Shown piece by piece: positions 1 to 10,314 of a stretch of 64,000 nucleotides of DNA; the stretch's first letter is position 1; each line of letters begins with the position of its first letter. The notes beneath the pieces are model-generated. The model was given only the letters and a program-made list of their open reading frames with translations, did no database searches and was not told where the DNA came from. The stretch comes from a virus. The stretch is taken from the IMG/VR virus record IMGVR_UViG_3300009128_000002. The stretch is one strand, 5' to 3'. Made by a program: the position numbers and the translations under genes.

Positions 1-50
1 ACATTAAGCTACTCCAGTGACCTGAAGTGTATCAAATGGTTCTTCAATCT

Positions 51-94
51 ACATATGGACACTTCGTGCCCATATGTGGGTTACTTCGTAACCC
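51..94. other. Two tandem stem-loops sharing an ACTTCGT apex
   Basis: ACATATGG...CCATATGT (51-77) and GGGTTAC-TTC-GTAACCC (78-94). Confidence 0.55.
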
Positions 95-126
95 TGTCTT
101 CATTTTATTTAATTCTAGTTACTTGC

Positions 127-155
127 TAGACATATAGTCATTTCTATGTTATAAT
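127..155 (+). promoter_or_regulatory. sigma70-type promoter upstream of gp55
   Basis: TAGACA-17bp-TATAAT. Confidence 0.7.
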
Positions 156-190
156 TAATCTATTAAAACTACATTAATAAAGGATATACA

Positions 191-802
191 GTGTCAAAAG
201 AAATTAAAACACCAGTCGATAAGGATAATAAAAATCATTACATTAATAATAAGGATTTCTTAGCGGCTTTAATCGAATATCAAGCAGATATTAAAGATAA
301 AGAAGAAAGAGGTTTACCAAAACCTTATGTAACTGATTATATTGCTAGGTGTTTTCTTCAAATTGCTCAACGTCTTTCTTTTAGACCTAATTTTATTAAC
401 TACACTTATAAAGATGATATGATTAGTGATGGGTTAGAAAATTGTTTAGCATATATGCATAATTTCAATCCAGAAAAATCTGATAATCCTTTTGCATATT
501 TTACACAAATTATTTACTATGCATTCCTTAGAAGAATTCAAAAAGAGAAAAAACAACAGTATGTGAAGTACAAGTATTTTGATACTGCAGGTGGTTTTGA
601 GCAAATGGACGAATTACAAGAACACGACAAAGAATCATTTGACTTTATTAATGATAAAGGGTCTGTAGATTTTCATATTCACATTAAAGAATTTATTGAC
701 GATATGGAAAAGAAAGAAGCAGAGAAAAAAGCAAAAAGGGAAGCGAAGATTAAAGAAAAAGAAATGAAGCAAAATAATTTATCATTCTTTATGGGTGTGT
801 AA
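191..802 (+). CDS. gp55: T4-like late transcription sigma factor gp55
   Basis: HYINNKDFL, RPNFINYTYKDDMISDGLENC, NPFAYFTQIIYYAFLRRIQKEKKQ; precedes 47-46. Confidence 0.95.
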   Translation: MSKEIKTPVDKDNKNHYINNKDFLAALIEYQADIKDKEERGLPKPYVTDYIARCFLQIAQRLSFRPNFINYTYKDDMISDGLENCLAYMHNFNPEKSDNPFAYFTQIIYYAFLRRIQKEKKQQYVKYKYFDTAGGFEQMDELQEHDKESFDFINDKGSVDFHIHIKEFIDDMEKKEAEKKAKREAKIKEKEMKQNNLSFFMGV

Positions 803-1849
803 ATGAAAGTTGCTGTAATCACTGATACGCATTTCGGTGCAAGGTCTGACAGTAAAGCATTTTCTGACTATTTTTATAAGTTTTGGACTAATACTTTCTT
901 TCCATACTTAATTGAGAATGACATCAAAACAATCATTCATTGTGGTGATTTGATGGACAGACGTAAGTACGTAAATTTTGACACTCTTAACCGTATGCGT
1001 AAAGAGTTTATTAAACCAATGATTGACAATGGTATCACTATGCATACTATTGTTGGTAACCACGACACATATTATAAAAATACTGTTGAAGTTAATTCTG
1101 TAGAGCAGTTATTTGATATTGGTGATGATAAATTAAATCCTATTGTTGCATATTCAGAACCAAAAACATTAGAATTACCAGATGGTTTTAAGGTTGATAT
1201 GATACCTTGGATTAATAATGATAATGAAGAAAAAGTTCTTGAATTTGTTAAAAATACTAATTCAACAATTGCTTGGGGACATTTTGATTTAAGTGGTTTT
1301 GAAATGCACAAAGGTGTAAATTCAATGTATCACTCACGTTCCCCTAAATTCCTTAAAGGATATGATACAGTTTATTCTGGTCATTTTCACACAAAATCTG
1401 ATGACGGTCATGTATTTTATCTAGGTAACACATACGAAATTAATTGGAGTGATTATAACGACAATCGTGGTTTTCATATTTTTGATACTGAAACGTTAGA
1501 ATGTGACCAAATTGTAAATCCTTATAAATTACACGTCAAAGTTAATTATGATGAAGAAAAGAAAGACGAGCAATTAAATGATGATTATGAAGGACAAATT
1601 GTAAAATTAATTGTAACAAGTAAAGGGGATTTTGCACATTTTAATTTATTAGTTGAAAAGATTGAACGTGAATCTGAAACATTAACAATAGTTGAAGACC
1701 ACGGTTTATTATCAACAGAACAAGTTGAGTTTGATACTGAAGATACTATTACTACATTGAACAAATATGTTGAGGGTATGAATATTGATAATGAAGAACA
1801 AGTTAAGAAAATATTAAATGAAATATATGTAGAGGCAATTGCACTATGA
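803..1849 (+). CDS. gp47: Recombination endonuclease gp47 (Mre11/SbcD-like)
   Basis: Metallophosphoesterase motifs DTHFG, GDLMD, GNHD, GHFH. Confidence 0.95.
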   Translation: MKVAVITDTHFGARSDSKAFSDYFYKFWTNTFFPYLIENDIKTIIHCGDLMDRRKYVNFDTLNRMRKEFIKPMIDNGITMHTIVGNHDTYYKNTVEVNSVEQLFDIGDDKLNPIVAYSEPKTLELPDGFKVDMIPWINNDNEEKVLEFVKNTNSTIAWGHFDLSGFEMHKGVNSMYHSRSPKFLKGYDTVYSGHFHTKSDDGHVFYLGNTYEINWSDYNDNRGFHIFDTETLECDQIVNPYKLHVKVNYDEEKKDEQLNDDYEGQIVKLIVTSKGDFAHFNLLVEKIERESETLTIVEDHGLLSTEQVEFDTEDTITTLNKYVEGMNIDNEEQVKKILNEIYVEAIAL

Positions 1850-3519
1850 TACATTTTACTAATGTTAAGTGGAAGAATTTTCTTTCAACAGGTAATAAGT
1901 TTTCTGAAATAATTTTAGATGATACTAAAACTACATTAATGATTGGTACTAATGGTGCAGGTAAATCTACTATGATGGATGCAATTAGTTTTGGTTTGTT
2001 TGGTAAACCATTTAGAAAAATTAAACTAGGTCAGTTGGTTAATTCTATTAATAGAAAAAACTGTATGGTTGAGTTGGACTTTAAGACAGGTGGTAAAGAA
2101 TATAAAATTAAACGTGGTCTAAAACCTGCAAAGTTCGAAATATACGTAGATGGTGTTATGCAAGACCAAGATGCGGCCGCTAAAGACAGTCAAGAATTCC
2201 TTGAAAGATATGTATTAAAGATGAATGAAAAATCATTCAGACAAATTGTTGTATTGGGTAGTGGTTCATTTGTTCCTTTTATGAGATTAAAGGCTGGTGA
2301 AAGACGTTCTATTATTGAAGAATTGTTAGATATTCAAATCTTTGGTGTTATGAATGATTTGGTTAAAGAACGTGTTTCAGAAAATAAAAACGATTTAAAA
2401 GACATTACACATAAAATAGAATTATTACACCAACATATTGAGTTGCAAGAGGAACATTTACATAAGTTAAATGAAGATAAGCATATTTTAATTGATAAGA
2501 AAAAGGTGTTTATTGATACGTGTAATGAAGATATTGTTAAATTGGAAAATGAAATAACTGAGTTAAAGGTTGCAACAAGTAATTTTGAAAAGGTTAAACG
2601 TGATAAGAATTCATTTAATAATTTTCAAACCACATTTAATAATAAAATAGAAACAATTAATAAACAACTTAGACTTATTATTACAAACTCATCTTGTCCT
2701 GCTTGTGGTCAGGAAATTGATAAAAACCATATGGATGAAATGGGTGAAAGTTTAACTACTAAACGTGAGGGTATTGAAAAGGGGTTAGAAGAAGTTACTG
2801 CAAAGTTAACAGAAACCACAAAAACATTAGATCAAATACAGACGGATTTACAAAGTATTGTTAATAAACAAAACCAAATAACAAATCTTAATGATACTTG
2901 TACACGTGTAAATAATGAAATTTCTGAAACATTAAATGAAGTTGTTGAGGTGGTTGATAATAAAGACCTACAGGAAAAGAAAGTTGAAATAGATCAACAC
3001 CACGATACAAAATATGAATTGCAAGAGGAAAAACACGATTTAAATACTGTGCAAGAATTATTGAAGGATAGTGGTATTAAAACTGTTGTTATTAAAAACT
3101 ATTTACCACTAATTAATCAATTAATTAATAAGTACCTATCTTCGCTTAATTTTTATATTAACTTTAATCTTGATGAAAATTTCAATGAAACTATTAAATC
3201 ACGTGGACGTGATGAATTTGCATATGGTTCATTTTCTGAAGGTGAAAAGTTAAGAATTGACCTTGCATTGTTATTTACTTGGAGGGAAATTGCCAAGTTG
3301 AAATCTTCAGTATCTACAAACCTTTTAATACTTGATGAAATTTTCGATAGTTCTTTAGATAACACTGGTATTGAAGATTTTCTTGGTATCTTAAATGCAC
3401 TTGGTAGCGAGGTTAATGCATTTGTTATATCACACAAAGGACAACAGATTATAGACAAGTTTGGTAGGGTGATAAAAATAACAAAAGACAAGAATTTTAG
3501 TAAAATTTCTGATAATTAA
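1846..3519 (+). CDS. gp46: Recombination ATPase gp46 (Rad50/SbcC-like)
   Basis: GTNGAGKST Walker A, CPACG zinc hook, FSEGE signature, LILDE Walker B. Confidence 0.95.
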   Translation: MIHFTNVKWKNFLSTGNKFSEIILDDTKTTLMIGTNGAGKSTMMDAISFGLFGKPFRKIKLGQLVNSINRKNCMVELDFKTGGKEYKIKRGLKPAKFEIYVDGVMQDQDAAAKDSQEFLERYVLKMNEKSFRQIVVLGSGSFVPFMRLKAGERRSIIEELLDIQIFGVMNDLVKERVSENKNDLKDITHKIELLHQHIELQEEHLHKLNEDKHILIDKKKVFIDTCNEDIVKLENEITELKVATSNFEKVKRDKNSFNNFQTTFNNKIETINKQLRLIITNSSCPACGQEIDKNHMDEMGESLTTKREGIEKGLEEVTAKLTETTKTLDQIQTDLQSIVNKQNQITNLNDTCTRVNNEISETLNEVVEVVDNKDLQEKKVEIDQHHDTKYELQEEKHDLNTVQELLKDSGIKTVVIKNYLPLINQLINKYLSSLNFYINFNLDENFNETIKSRGRDEFAYGSFSEGEKLRIDLALLFTWREIAKLKSSVSTNLLILDEIFDSSLDNTGIEDFLGILNALGSEVNAFVISHKGQQIIDKFGRVIKITKDKNFSKISDN

Positions 3520-3586
3520 TTCACACTTTTCATATATTTCTTTAATAATCAATAACTTACATTAGAAATTAAATTCTAAAAAACCC

Positions 3587-3630
3587 TCGACAAGGGGGCG
3601 AATTAGTGTATAATGATCAGTGTTGGTTCG
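3587..3630 (+). promoter_or_regulatory. Early promoter with 25-nt leader repeated at 5949
   Basis: TCGACA-16bp-TATAAT; GTGTATAATGATCAGTGTTGGTTCG identical at 3606-3630 and 5949-5973. Confidence 0.65.
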
Positions 3631-3645
3631 GATTAAAGGAGAAAT

Positions 3646-5889
3646 ATGACAAATAAAGTAAATATTGAAGCGAAAAACACTCTTGCTCGTCTAATGGCGA
3701 CAGAGAACATTACGGTTCAACACAAAAAGGTACAAACTGCCTCTTTTGATGTTAAGAACCGTGTCTTGAATCTTCCAATTTGGGAAGATATGTCAAACGT
3801 ATTATATGAAGGGTTGATTGGACACGAAGTTGGTCACGCTCTTTACACACCATTTGAAGAATGGAAAGAATTCGTTAAAGAAAACCCAAACCTTAAAGAT
3901 TATGCTAACGTCATTGAGGACGCTCGAATTGAACGTCTTATGAAAGTGAAATATGCAGGTATGAATAAAACATTCTTTGGGATGTATGATGAATTAAATA
4001 TGAAGGATTTCTTTGGACTCCGTGGACGTGATATGGATGAATTTGGTATCCTTGATCGTATTAACCTACGTTTTAAGTTGGGTTCACGTGCCGAAGTTAC
4101 TTTTACTGAGGAAGAAGCCCGTATTGTTGATAAAGTTGCTTCTACTAAAACCTTCCAAGATGTGTTGGATTTAACACTTGAACTTGCTGAATATGCCAAA
4201 AATGAGGAACTAAACACTGACTTTGATAATATGGAGTTTTCTGACAGTGATGAAGACTTTGACATTGATGATTTTGAGGAAAGTGATGGTGGTTCTAATG
4301 CTTCTCCACGTCCTTCACCTAAAGATAATAATGAAGATGGTGAAGGTGGTGCCGGTGATGAAGAAGATGAAGACGGTGAAGATGGTGAAGATGGTAAAAG
4401 TGGTTCAGGTAATGACAGTGATGAAGACGGTGAAGATGGTAATGGTGATGGTAGTGGAAAAACTGACCAACCACCTGCTTCAGAAACACAAAAAAACTTT
4501 GATGACCGTTTGGGTGAAATGAATGATGAAAATGCTTCAAACCCAATCTATGTTGATTTGCCTAACATTGATTTAAAAAACACTGTTATTGGTTATAAAA
4601 ATGTTGGGAGTGTTTTGAATGAGTTTTATGGACGTTCAGTTAATTATGACTATTGGGGTGACAACGGTGAAATCTTTAAAAAGAAAACCGACGATCAAAT
4701 TGTTGCTTGGAAAAAGGATACTTTGCCTGTTGTAAATTATATGGTTAAAGAATTTGAAATGAAACAGGCCGCTACTGCCCATCGTCGCACTTCTGTTGGT
4801 AAGACTGGTGTTCTTGATACTAACAAAATGCACGCCTACAAATATGAAGAGGATATTTTCAAAAGGGTTGCTACTGTAAAAGATGGTAGAAACCACGCTT
4901 TGGTTATGTACGTTGATTGGTCGGGTTCAATGGCAGACAAAATATTAGGTACTGTAAAACAAACAATTACCTTGGCGATGTTTGCACGAAAAGTTGGTAT
5001 TCCGTTCCGTGTTTATGCTTTCACTAACTCTAGTGGTATTGGTGATTATAAGCCAAATAAAACACGTTTTTACCAAACTGAAGACAACGGTAATTTTGCT
5101 TTTGATCACCTAGAGTTGGGACGTATGACTTTGGTTGAGTTTTTCAATGAAAAGATGAATGCACGTGAGTTTAATGATGGAATTATTAACTTCTATAAAC
5201 TTGGTCTTTCTGTTAGTTATTCAAGATATGATTCAATTCAAACACCTATTGGTTTTGGACTTGCTTCGACACCATTAAACGAGTGTATTATTGCTTCATA
5301 TGAACAAGTTGAAAATTTCAAACGTGAATGTGGAAAAGAAAAGGTTAATGTTATTTTCCTAACTGATGGTGATTCTGATGGAAATGATAGATACTACAGT
5401 GTTGATGAAACGTGTACTAAATATCCAACTAGATGGGGTGAAGGAAGATCACACCTTGCAATCCGTGACCCAAAAACAAAGAAAATTGTTTCTGCTGTTA
5501 CTGATGAATATAATAGGAATGGTATGACACAATCGTTACTAACTGCATTGGGTGAACGTTGTAAGGTTAATGTGATTGGTTTCTTTTTGACTGATAAACG
5601 TACTATTAAATATGCAATTGAGCGTAATTTTAAATGGGAAGAGGGTGCCGTTGTTAAGAAAAAACTAACCAAAAATGGTTATGTTTCTATGGCTTCTGAA
5701 GGTTATGATAAATACTTTATGGTTAATGATAGAGTTATGGATAAAGAAGTTGAAATGCCTGATGAAGTTGCTCGTAAAGATGATGGTTCTGTTAATAAAG
5801 GAAAATTGAGAACTGCATTTAAAAAGTTTTCAAAAGGACGTAAGGTTAACAAGATGTTGTTGAATGAATTTGTTCAAATGGTTGCCTAA
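3646..5889 (+). CDS. CobT-like protein: zincin HExxH domain, acidic linker, vWA domain
   Basis: HEVGH motif, D/E/G-rich linker, MIDAS DWSGS, TPL and FLTDG; adjacent to a MoxR ATPase. Confidence 0.85.
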   Translation: MTNKVNIEAKNTLARLMATENITVQHKKVQTASFDVKNRVLNLPIWEDMSNVLYEGLIGHEVGHALYTPFEEWKEFVKENPNLKDYANVIEDARIERLMKVKYAGMNKTFFGMYDELNMKDFFGLRGRDMDEFGILDRINLRFKLGSRAEVTFTEEEARIVDKVASTKTFQDVLDLTLELAEYAKNEELNTDFDNMEFSDSDEDFDIDDFEESDGGSNASPRPSPKDNNEDGEGGAGDEEDEDGEDGEDGKSGSGNDSDEDGEDGNGDGSGKTDQPPASETQKNFDDRLGEMNDENASNPIYVDLPNIDLKNTVIGYKNVGSVLNEFYGRSVNYDYWGDNGEIFKKKTDDQIVAWKKDTLPVVNYMVKEFEMKQAATAHRRTSVGKTGVLDTNKMHAYKYEEDIFKRVATVKDGRNHALVMYVDWSGSMADKILGTVKQTITLAMFARKVGIPFRVYAFTNSSGIGDYKPNKTRFYQTEDNGNFAFDHLELGRMTLVEFFNEKMNAREFNDGIINFYKLGLSVSYSRYDSIQTPIGFGLASTPLNECIIASYEQVENFKRECGKEKVNVIFLTDGDSDGNDRYYSVDETCTKYPTRWGEGRSHLAIRDPKTKKIVSAVTDEYNRNGMTQSLLTALGERCKVNVIGFFLTDKRTIKYAIERNFKWEEGAVVKKKLTKNGYVSMASEGYDKYFMVNDRVMDKEVEMPDEVARKDDGSVNKGKLRTAFKKFSKGRKVNKMLLNEFVQMVA

Positions 5890-5929
5890 TAACCATTTGA
5901 ATAATGTGGAAATAAATGTGAAAAAATGC

Positions 5930-5973
5930 TGGACATGATACTAAATTCGTGTATAATGATCAGTGTTGGTTCG
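5930..5973 (+). promoter_or_regulatory. Early promoter with 25-nt leader repeated at 3606
   Basis: TGGACA-16bp-TATAAT plus the shared leader. Confidence 0.65.
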
Positions 5974-6010
5974 AGGAAGTTCCAACTAATTAAATAAAAA
6001 AGGAGTAAAT

Positions 6011-7201
6011 ATGAGTAAAATTGTTAATATTAATGACTTTGGTGCCGCTGCTGAAGAGTTGTTCGGTACTACTGAGATTACGAAAGGACAAGCCAAGGTT
6101 ATTAAATCGACCTATGATGTTTGTGTTCCACAAGTAGTTTTTGATGGTTCAACTAACCGTGTTGCCCGTGGTGTTTATAAAATTCCAACCACTGGTGCTG
6201 GTATTGCCCCACCTAAAGTTGTTCAAGAGGTTGCAAAGACTGTTGTTAATGAAACCGTTGCTGAGAAAAAAGTTGGTACGACTGGTGCGATGGAACTTGA
6301 TGCGTCAATTAGTTTTATCCCTAAAGTTGATAAGACATATGTTTCTTGGGGTAATGCGAATGACATTAAGAAAATTATTAAATCTAAATTGTTTTTTCCT
6401 GTTTACCTGACTGGTATGTCTGGAAACGGTAAAACGTTTGGAATTGAACAAACTTGTGCGTCACTTGGACGTGAAATGATTCGAGTGAACTTTACTGCTG
6501 AAACGGATGAAGATGATTTGTTTGGTGGTTTCCGACTTGTGAATGGTGAAACTGTGTTCCAATACGGGCCAGTTGTTGAAGCAATGAAACGTGGTGCTGT
6601 TCTTTTGCTTGACGAAATTGACCTTGCGTCTTCTAAAGTTATGGCACTTCAATCAGTCCTTGAAGGAAAGGGTTATTTTATTAAGAAACGTGGTGAGTGG
6701 GTTGAGCCCGCTGATGGTTTCACGGTGATTGCTACTGCGAATACTAAAGGTAAAGGTTCTGATGATGGACGTTTTGTTGGTACTAACGTTCTGAATGAAG
6801 CATTCCTTGACCGTTTTTCAATTACTTTATACCAGGCATACCCTTCCGAAGCAATTGAGAAAAAGATTCTTACCAAAGCCGCTGAAGGATTTGGGTTGCG
6901 TTCTGCCGAAGTTGATGCGTTTATTCCGAACCTTACAATGTGGGGCGACATTATTCGTAAGACTTTTGAAGACGGTGGTGTTGATGAAATTATTTCAACT
7001 CGCCGACTGGTTGATATTCTAAAGTCTTATTCAATCTTCGGAAATAAAGAAAAAGCAATTAAGATGTCTATTGAACGTTTTGATGACGAAACTAAAGAAT
7101 CATTCCTTTCTCTTTATGAAAAGATTGATGCTGGTGTTGGTACGAGTGAGTATGGTACTGAAACTACGTTTGAGGATGTTGAAGATTACAAAACTGCTTA
7201 A
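6011..7201 (+). CDS. cobS: CobS-like MoxR-family AAA+ ATPase
   Basis: GMSGNGKT, LLLDEID, ATANTKGKG, LNEAFLDRF, ISTRRL. Confidence 0.9.
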   Translation: MSKIVNINDFGAAAEELFGTTEITKGQAKVIKSTYDVCVPQVVFDGSTNRVARGVYKIPTTGAGIAPPKVVQEVAKTVVNETVAEKKVGTTGAMELDASISFIPKVDKTYVSWGNANDIKKIIKSKLFFPVYLTGMSGNGKTFGIEQTCASLGREMIRVNFTAETDEDDLFGGFRLVNGETVFQYGPVVEAMKRGAVLLLDEIDLASSKVMALQSVLEGKGYFIKKRGEWVEPADGFTVIATANTKGKGSDDGRFVGTNVLNEAFLDRFSITLYQAYPSEAIEKKILTKAAEGFGLRSAEVDAFIPNLTMWGDIIRKTFEDGGVDEIISTRRLVDILKSYSIFGNKEKAIKMSIERFDDETKESFLSLYEKIDAGVGTSEYGTETTFEDVEDYKTA

Positions 7202-7219
7202 ATAATAAACACTAAATAA

Positions 7220-7243
7220 AACACCTCGATAATTCGGGGTGTT
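7220..7243 (+). terminator. Stem-loop after cobS-like gene (probable terminator)
   Basis: AACACCTCGA-TAAT-TCGGGGTGTT; weak U-tail. Confidence 0.55.
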
Positions 7244-7270
7244 GTTACAATTAAAATATAGGAGAAAAAT

Positions 7271-7633
7271 ATGAGTTGTGATATGGAATATGATGAGTTG
7301 CACGATGCATACCATCAATTATTGGAAAGAGAATCATTTAATTTTAAATATGGTGAAGGTAGGGTGCTAGACGACGTAGACGATTACATCAGAGGGACAT
7401 ATACATCACACTATACAAACGAAGACAACGACGTTCAGACGTTGGATGTGTTTGAATCGAGGGGAACACTAGGTACTACCTCTGTTGATAATGCAATTAA
7501 ATACCTAATGAGGTATGGGAAAAAGAAGGGTAAAAATAAAATGGATTTGATTAAATCCATTCATTACCTTATTCTTGCTACTGCATTTGATGAGAAAAAT
7601 GGTGAGTTTGATTCGGATACAATTTTTGAGTAA
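7271..7633 (+). CDS. DUF3310-like protein (T7 gp1.7-like nucleotide kinase family)
   Basis: SHY...NAIKYLMRYGKK...DLIKSIHYL pattern. Confidence 0.7.
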   Translation: MSCDMEYDELHDAYHQLLERESFNFKYGEGRVLDDVDDYIRGTYTSHYTNEDNDVQTLDVFESRGTLGTTSVDNAIKYLMRYGKKKGKNKMDLIKSIHYLILATAFDEKNGEFDSDTIFE

Positions 7634-7635
7634 AC

Positions 7636-7664
7636 TTGCAATTGGGTATTTTGTGTGTTATAAT
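7636..7664 (+). promoter_or_regulatory. sigma70-type promoter for 45-44-62 operon
   Basis: TTGCAA-17bp-TATAAT. Confidence 0.7.
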
Positions 7665-7695
7665 ATACCTAACAATTATTATAAAGGAAATATAA

Positions 7696-8355
7696 ATGAA
7701 ATTAAGTGAAAATACAATTGGGGTTCTAAAGAACTTCGCTACCATTAACCAATCAATTCTAATTAAGGATGGTTCTACTATTGATACAATGAGCGTTCAA
7801 AAGAACGTCCTTGCACAAAGTAAAGTTGAGGAAGACTTTCCTAATGAATTTGGTATTTATGATTTAAACGAATTCCTTGCTACATTATCATTGTTTGAAG
7901 CACCCGAATTGGAATTTGGTGATAATTCGGTTACAATTACCGATGGTAAATCTACAACCTCTTATTGGTATGCAGATAAATCAATTATTGTATATCCAGA
8001 AAAGGAAATTACAATGCCTGCTACTGAAATTAAATTCACACTGACTGAAAGTAATTTGTCCAAACTACAACGTGCAACTGGTACTTTAGGTTTGAGTGAT
8101 TTGTGTATTAAGAATGTTGATGATAAGATTGTTGCAGAAGTACAGGATAAACGTAATAGTACATCTAATACATATTCAATTGAAGTTGGTGATTATGATG
8201 GTGCTGAAAATTTCAACTTTTATTTCCTAACAGAACGTATGAAGATGTTACCGAATGATTATGAGGTTGAAATTTCATCTAAGAACATTTCTAAGTTTAC
8301 TTGTGGTGATTTAGTTTATTGGGTTGCATTGGAGAGTGATTCTACATATGGATAA
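7696..8355 (+). CDS. gp45: Sliding clamp gp45
   Basis: MKLSENTIGVLKNFATINQSI, FGIYDLNEFL, YWVALE. Confidence 0.95.
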   Translation: MKLSENTIGVLKNFATINQSILIKDGSTIDTMSVQKNVLAQSKVEEDFPNEFGIYDLNEFLATLSLFEAPELEFGDNSVTITDGKSTTSYWYADKSIIVYPEKEITMPATEIKFTLTESNLSKLQRATGTLGLSDLCIKNVDDKIVAEVQDKRNSTSNTYSIEVGDYDGAENFNFYFLTERMKMLPNDYEVEISSKNISKFTCGDLVYWVALESDSTYG

Positions 8356-9295
8356 ACAAGATGAATTCTTATGGGTGGAGAAATATCGCCCACAAAAAAT
8401 TGATGATTGTATATTACCAGATGATATAAAATCAACGTTCAAGGAATTTGTTGAAAATGGTGACATGCCTAATTTGTTATTATCTGGTACTGCAGGAACA
8501 GGTAAAACTACTGTTGCTAAGGCACTATGTAACGAATTAGGATATACGTCACTTGTTGTTAATGGTTCACTTGATCGTAACCTCGATACATTAAGAAACG
8601 AGATTGCATCATTTGCCAGTACGGTATCGTTTGATGGTGGTAAAAAGTGCATCATACTTGATGAAGCAGACTATCTAAATCCAAACTCATTCCAACCTGC
8701 TCTACGTGGGTTTATTGAGCAATTTAGTAAAAACGTCCGTTTCATTTTAACGTGTAACTTCAAAGATAAAATCATTGAACCAATTCATTCTAGAACTACA
8801 TTCATTGATTTCCGTAGCACTAAAAAAGAAATGCCTGAAATGATGGGTAGTTTAATGAAACGAATTCTTTCTATTTTAGAAGAAGAAAATGTTGAAGTTT
8901 CTAGTCCTAAAGTGGTTGCCGAGGTAATTAAAAAACATTACCCAGATATACGTAGAATTTTAAATGAACTTCAACGTTATTCTGCAGGTGGTATTATTGA
9001 TGAAGGTATTCTTGCTAACGTTGGTGAAACTAATGTAAAACGGTTGATGAAGAACCTTAAAGAAAAGGATTTTGGATCAATGCGACAGTGGGTAGTGGAA
9101 AATATCGATACAGACCCTGTCCGTATTTTTAGAACCATTTATGATAATATGTATGATTATTTAGAACCATCATCAATACCTCAAGTTGTATTGTTAATTG
9201 GTGAGTATCAATATAAACAGGCGTTTGTCGCAGATAGGGAAATTAATTTAGTTGCCTTTTTAACAGAAGTAATGGTAGAAGCGGAGTGGAAATAA
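8348..9295 (+). CDS. gp44: Clamp loader large subunit gp44
   Basis: LWVEKYRP, GTAGTGKTT, IILDEAD, HSR; ATG 8348 chosen as start. Confidence 0.95.
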   Translation: MDKQDEFLWVEKYRPQKIDDCILPDDIKSTFKEFVENGDMPNLLLSGTAGTGKTTVAKALCNELGYTSLVVNGSLDRNLDTLRNEIASFASTVSFDGGKKCIILDEADYLNPNSFQPALRGFIEQFSKNVRFILTCNFKDKIIEPIHSRTTFIDFRSTKKEMPEMMGSLMKRILSILEEENVEVSSPKVVAEVIKKHYPDIRRILNELQRYSAGGIIDEGILANVGETNVKRLMKNLKEKDFGSMRQWVVENIDTDPVRIFRTIYDNMYDYLEPSSIPQVVLLIGEYQYKQAFVADREINLVAFLTEVMVEAEWK

Positions 9296-9591
9296 TGAGC
9301 AATAAAAATATGCATATTGATAAATGGTTTAATGATAGGGGTATTACTGAAAATGGTAAACCTATGACACAAGCAATTAAAACATTGGAAGAACTTACAG
9401 AACTATTTGATGCTTTGAATAAAGATAATAAACACGAAGTGATGGATGCAATTGGTGATATTTACGTAACATTAAGGGGTGTTTGTTTAACTTATGGTGT
9501 TCGTATGGATGATTGCATTGACCAAGCATATAATGAAATCAAAGATCGTAAGGGGTATTTAACACCAGAAGGTATGTTTGTTAAGGAGTAA
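9295..9591 (+). CDS. MazG-like NTP pyrophosphohydrolase
   Basis: KTLEELTEL...DAIGDIYVTL...AYNEIKDRKG. Confidence 0.85.
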   Translation: MSNKNMHIDKWFNDRGITENGKPMTQAIKTLEELTELFDALNKDNKHEVMDAIGDIYVTLRGVCLTYGVRMDDCIDQAYNEIKDRKGYLTPEGMFVKE

Positions 9592-9593
9592 AT

Positions 9594-9911
9594 ATGAAAA
9601 CTAAACTAAAAGTCGTAACAGAAAAGGCGGCACTTAATATTGTGAAAGAAAAGGATGATGTTGTTATTGTTCATTCTAAAGATGGTTGTCCAGTTTGTGA
9701 ATATTTCATTCCAGAAGTATTAGAACCACTTTTTGAGGATTATCCTAATGTAACTGTAAGAATGGTAAAAGAGCAATTGACATTCCCTGCACCATCACAT
9801 CCAGTCACTTATTTCTTTAAGAATGGTAAATGTATTATGCACCCTAGTGGTTCTGCACCCGATAATGCAGTTCGTGAAATGATGGATAAGTTATATGGCA
9901 AATCTGTTTAA
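9594..9911 (+). CDS. Thioredoxin-fold protein
   Basis: CPVC motif, cis-Pro HPVTYFFKNG. Confidence 0.75.
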   Translation: MKTKLKVVTEKAALNIVKEKDDVVIVHSKDGCPVCEYFIPEVLEPLFEDYPNVTVRMVKEQLTFPAPSHPVTYFFKNGKCIMHPSGSAPDNAVREMMDKLYGKSV

Positions 9912-10314
9912 AGATATAATACCTGATTTAAATTATGGTCATAAAAACCTAATTAGAACAGGGGATATGGATGAAAAAGATTATACTAAGAATACGTTTT
10001 TAATAAACCGTTCTTTAAGTATGTCGCCTGATACTATTTTATATACAAATGAAATGAATCATTACTATGACCTTGATAGTGTGCTTCAATATGATTATCT
10101 TATAAATACTATAAGAAAGAAGAAGAGGTATAATAAGTGGGCAAAAAACACTAAAAAAACCTCTAATCTTGAACTTATACAAGAGTATTATAATTATAAT
10201 GAGCAACGGGCAGTTGAGGTTTTACCATTATTGTCTGAAGATCATTTTGACTTTATAAGAAGCAAAATGAACAAGGGTGGTAATGATGAATTATCAAGAG
10301 GAAAACACAAGTGA
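9895..10314 (+). CDS. gp62: Clamp loader small subunit gp62
   Basis: FLINRSLS...LQYDYLINTIRKKKRY.KW; synteny. Confidence 0.9.
   Translation: MANLFKDIIPDLNYGHKNLIRTGDMDEKDYTKNTFLINRSLSMSPDTILYTNEMNHYYDLDSVLQYDYLINTIRKKKRYNKWAKNTKKTSNLELIQEYYNYNEQRAVEVLPLLSEDHFDFIRSKMNKGGNDELSRGKHK

Noticed and set aside
4223-4546. His-rich minus-strand ORF and alternative-frame plus-strand ORF
   Set aside because: Shadow frames of the GAT/GAA/GGT-rich acidic linker in the CobT-like gene.
3646-7201. Cobalamin biosynthesis function for the cobS/cobT-like pair
   Set aside because: No cobN or other cob genes are present. The architecture fits a generic MoxR-vWA system.
10101-10108. TATAAATA inside gp62
   Set aside because: It could be a late promoter for regA, but it is intragenic in AT-rich DNA and lacks independent support.
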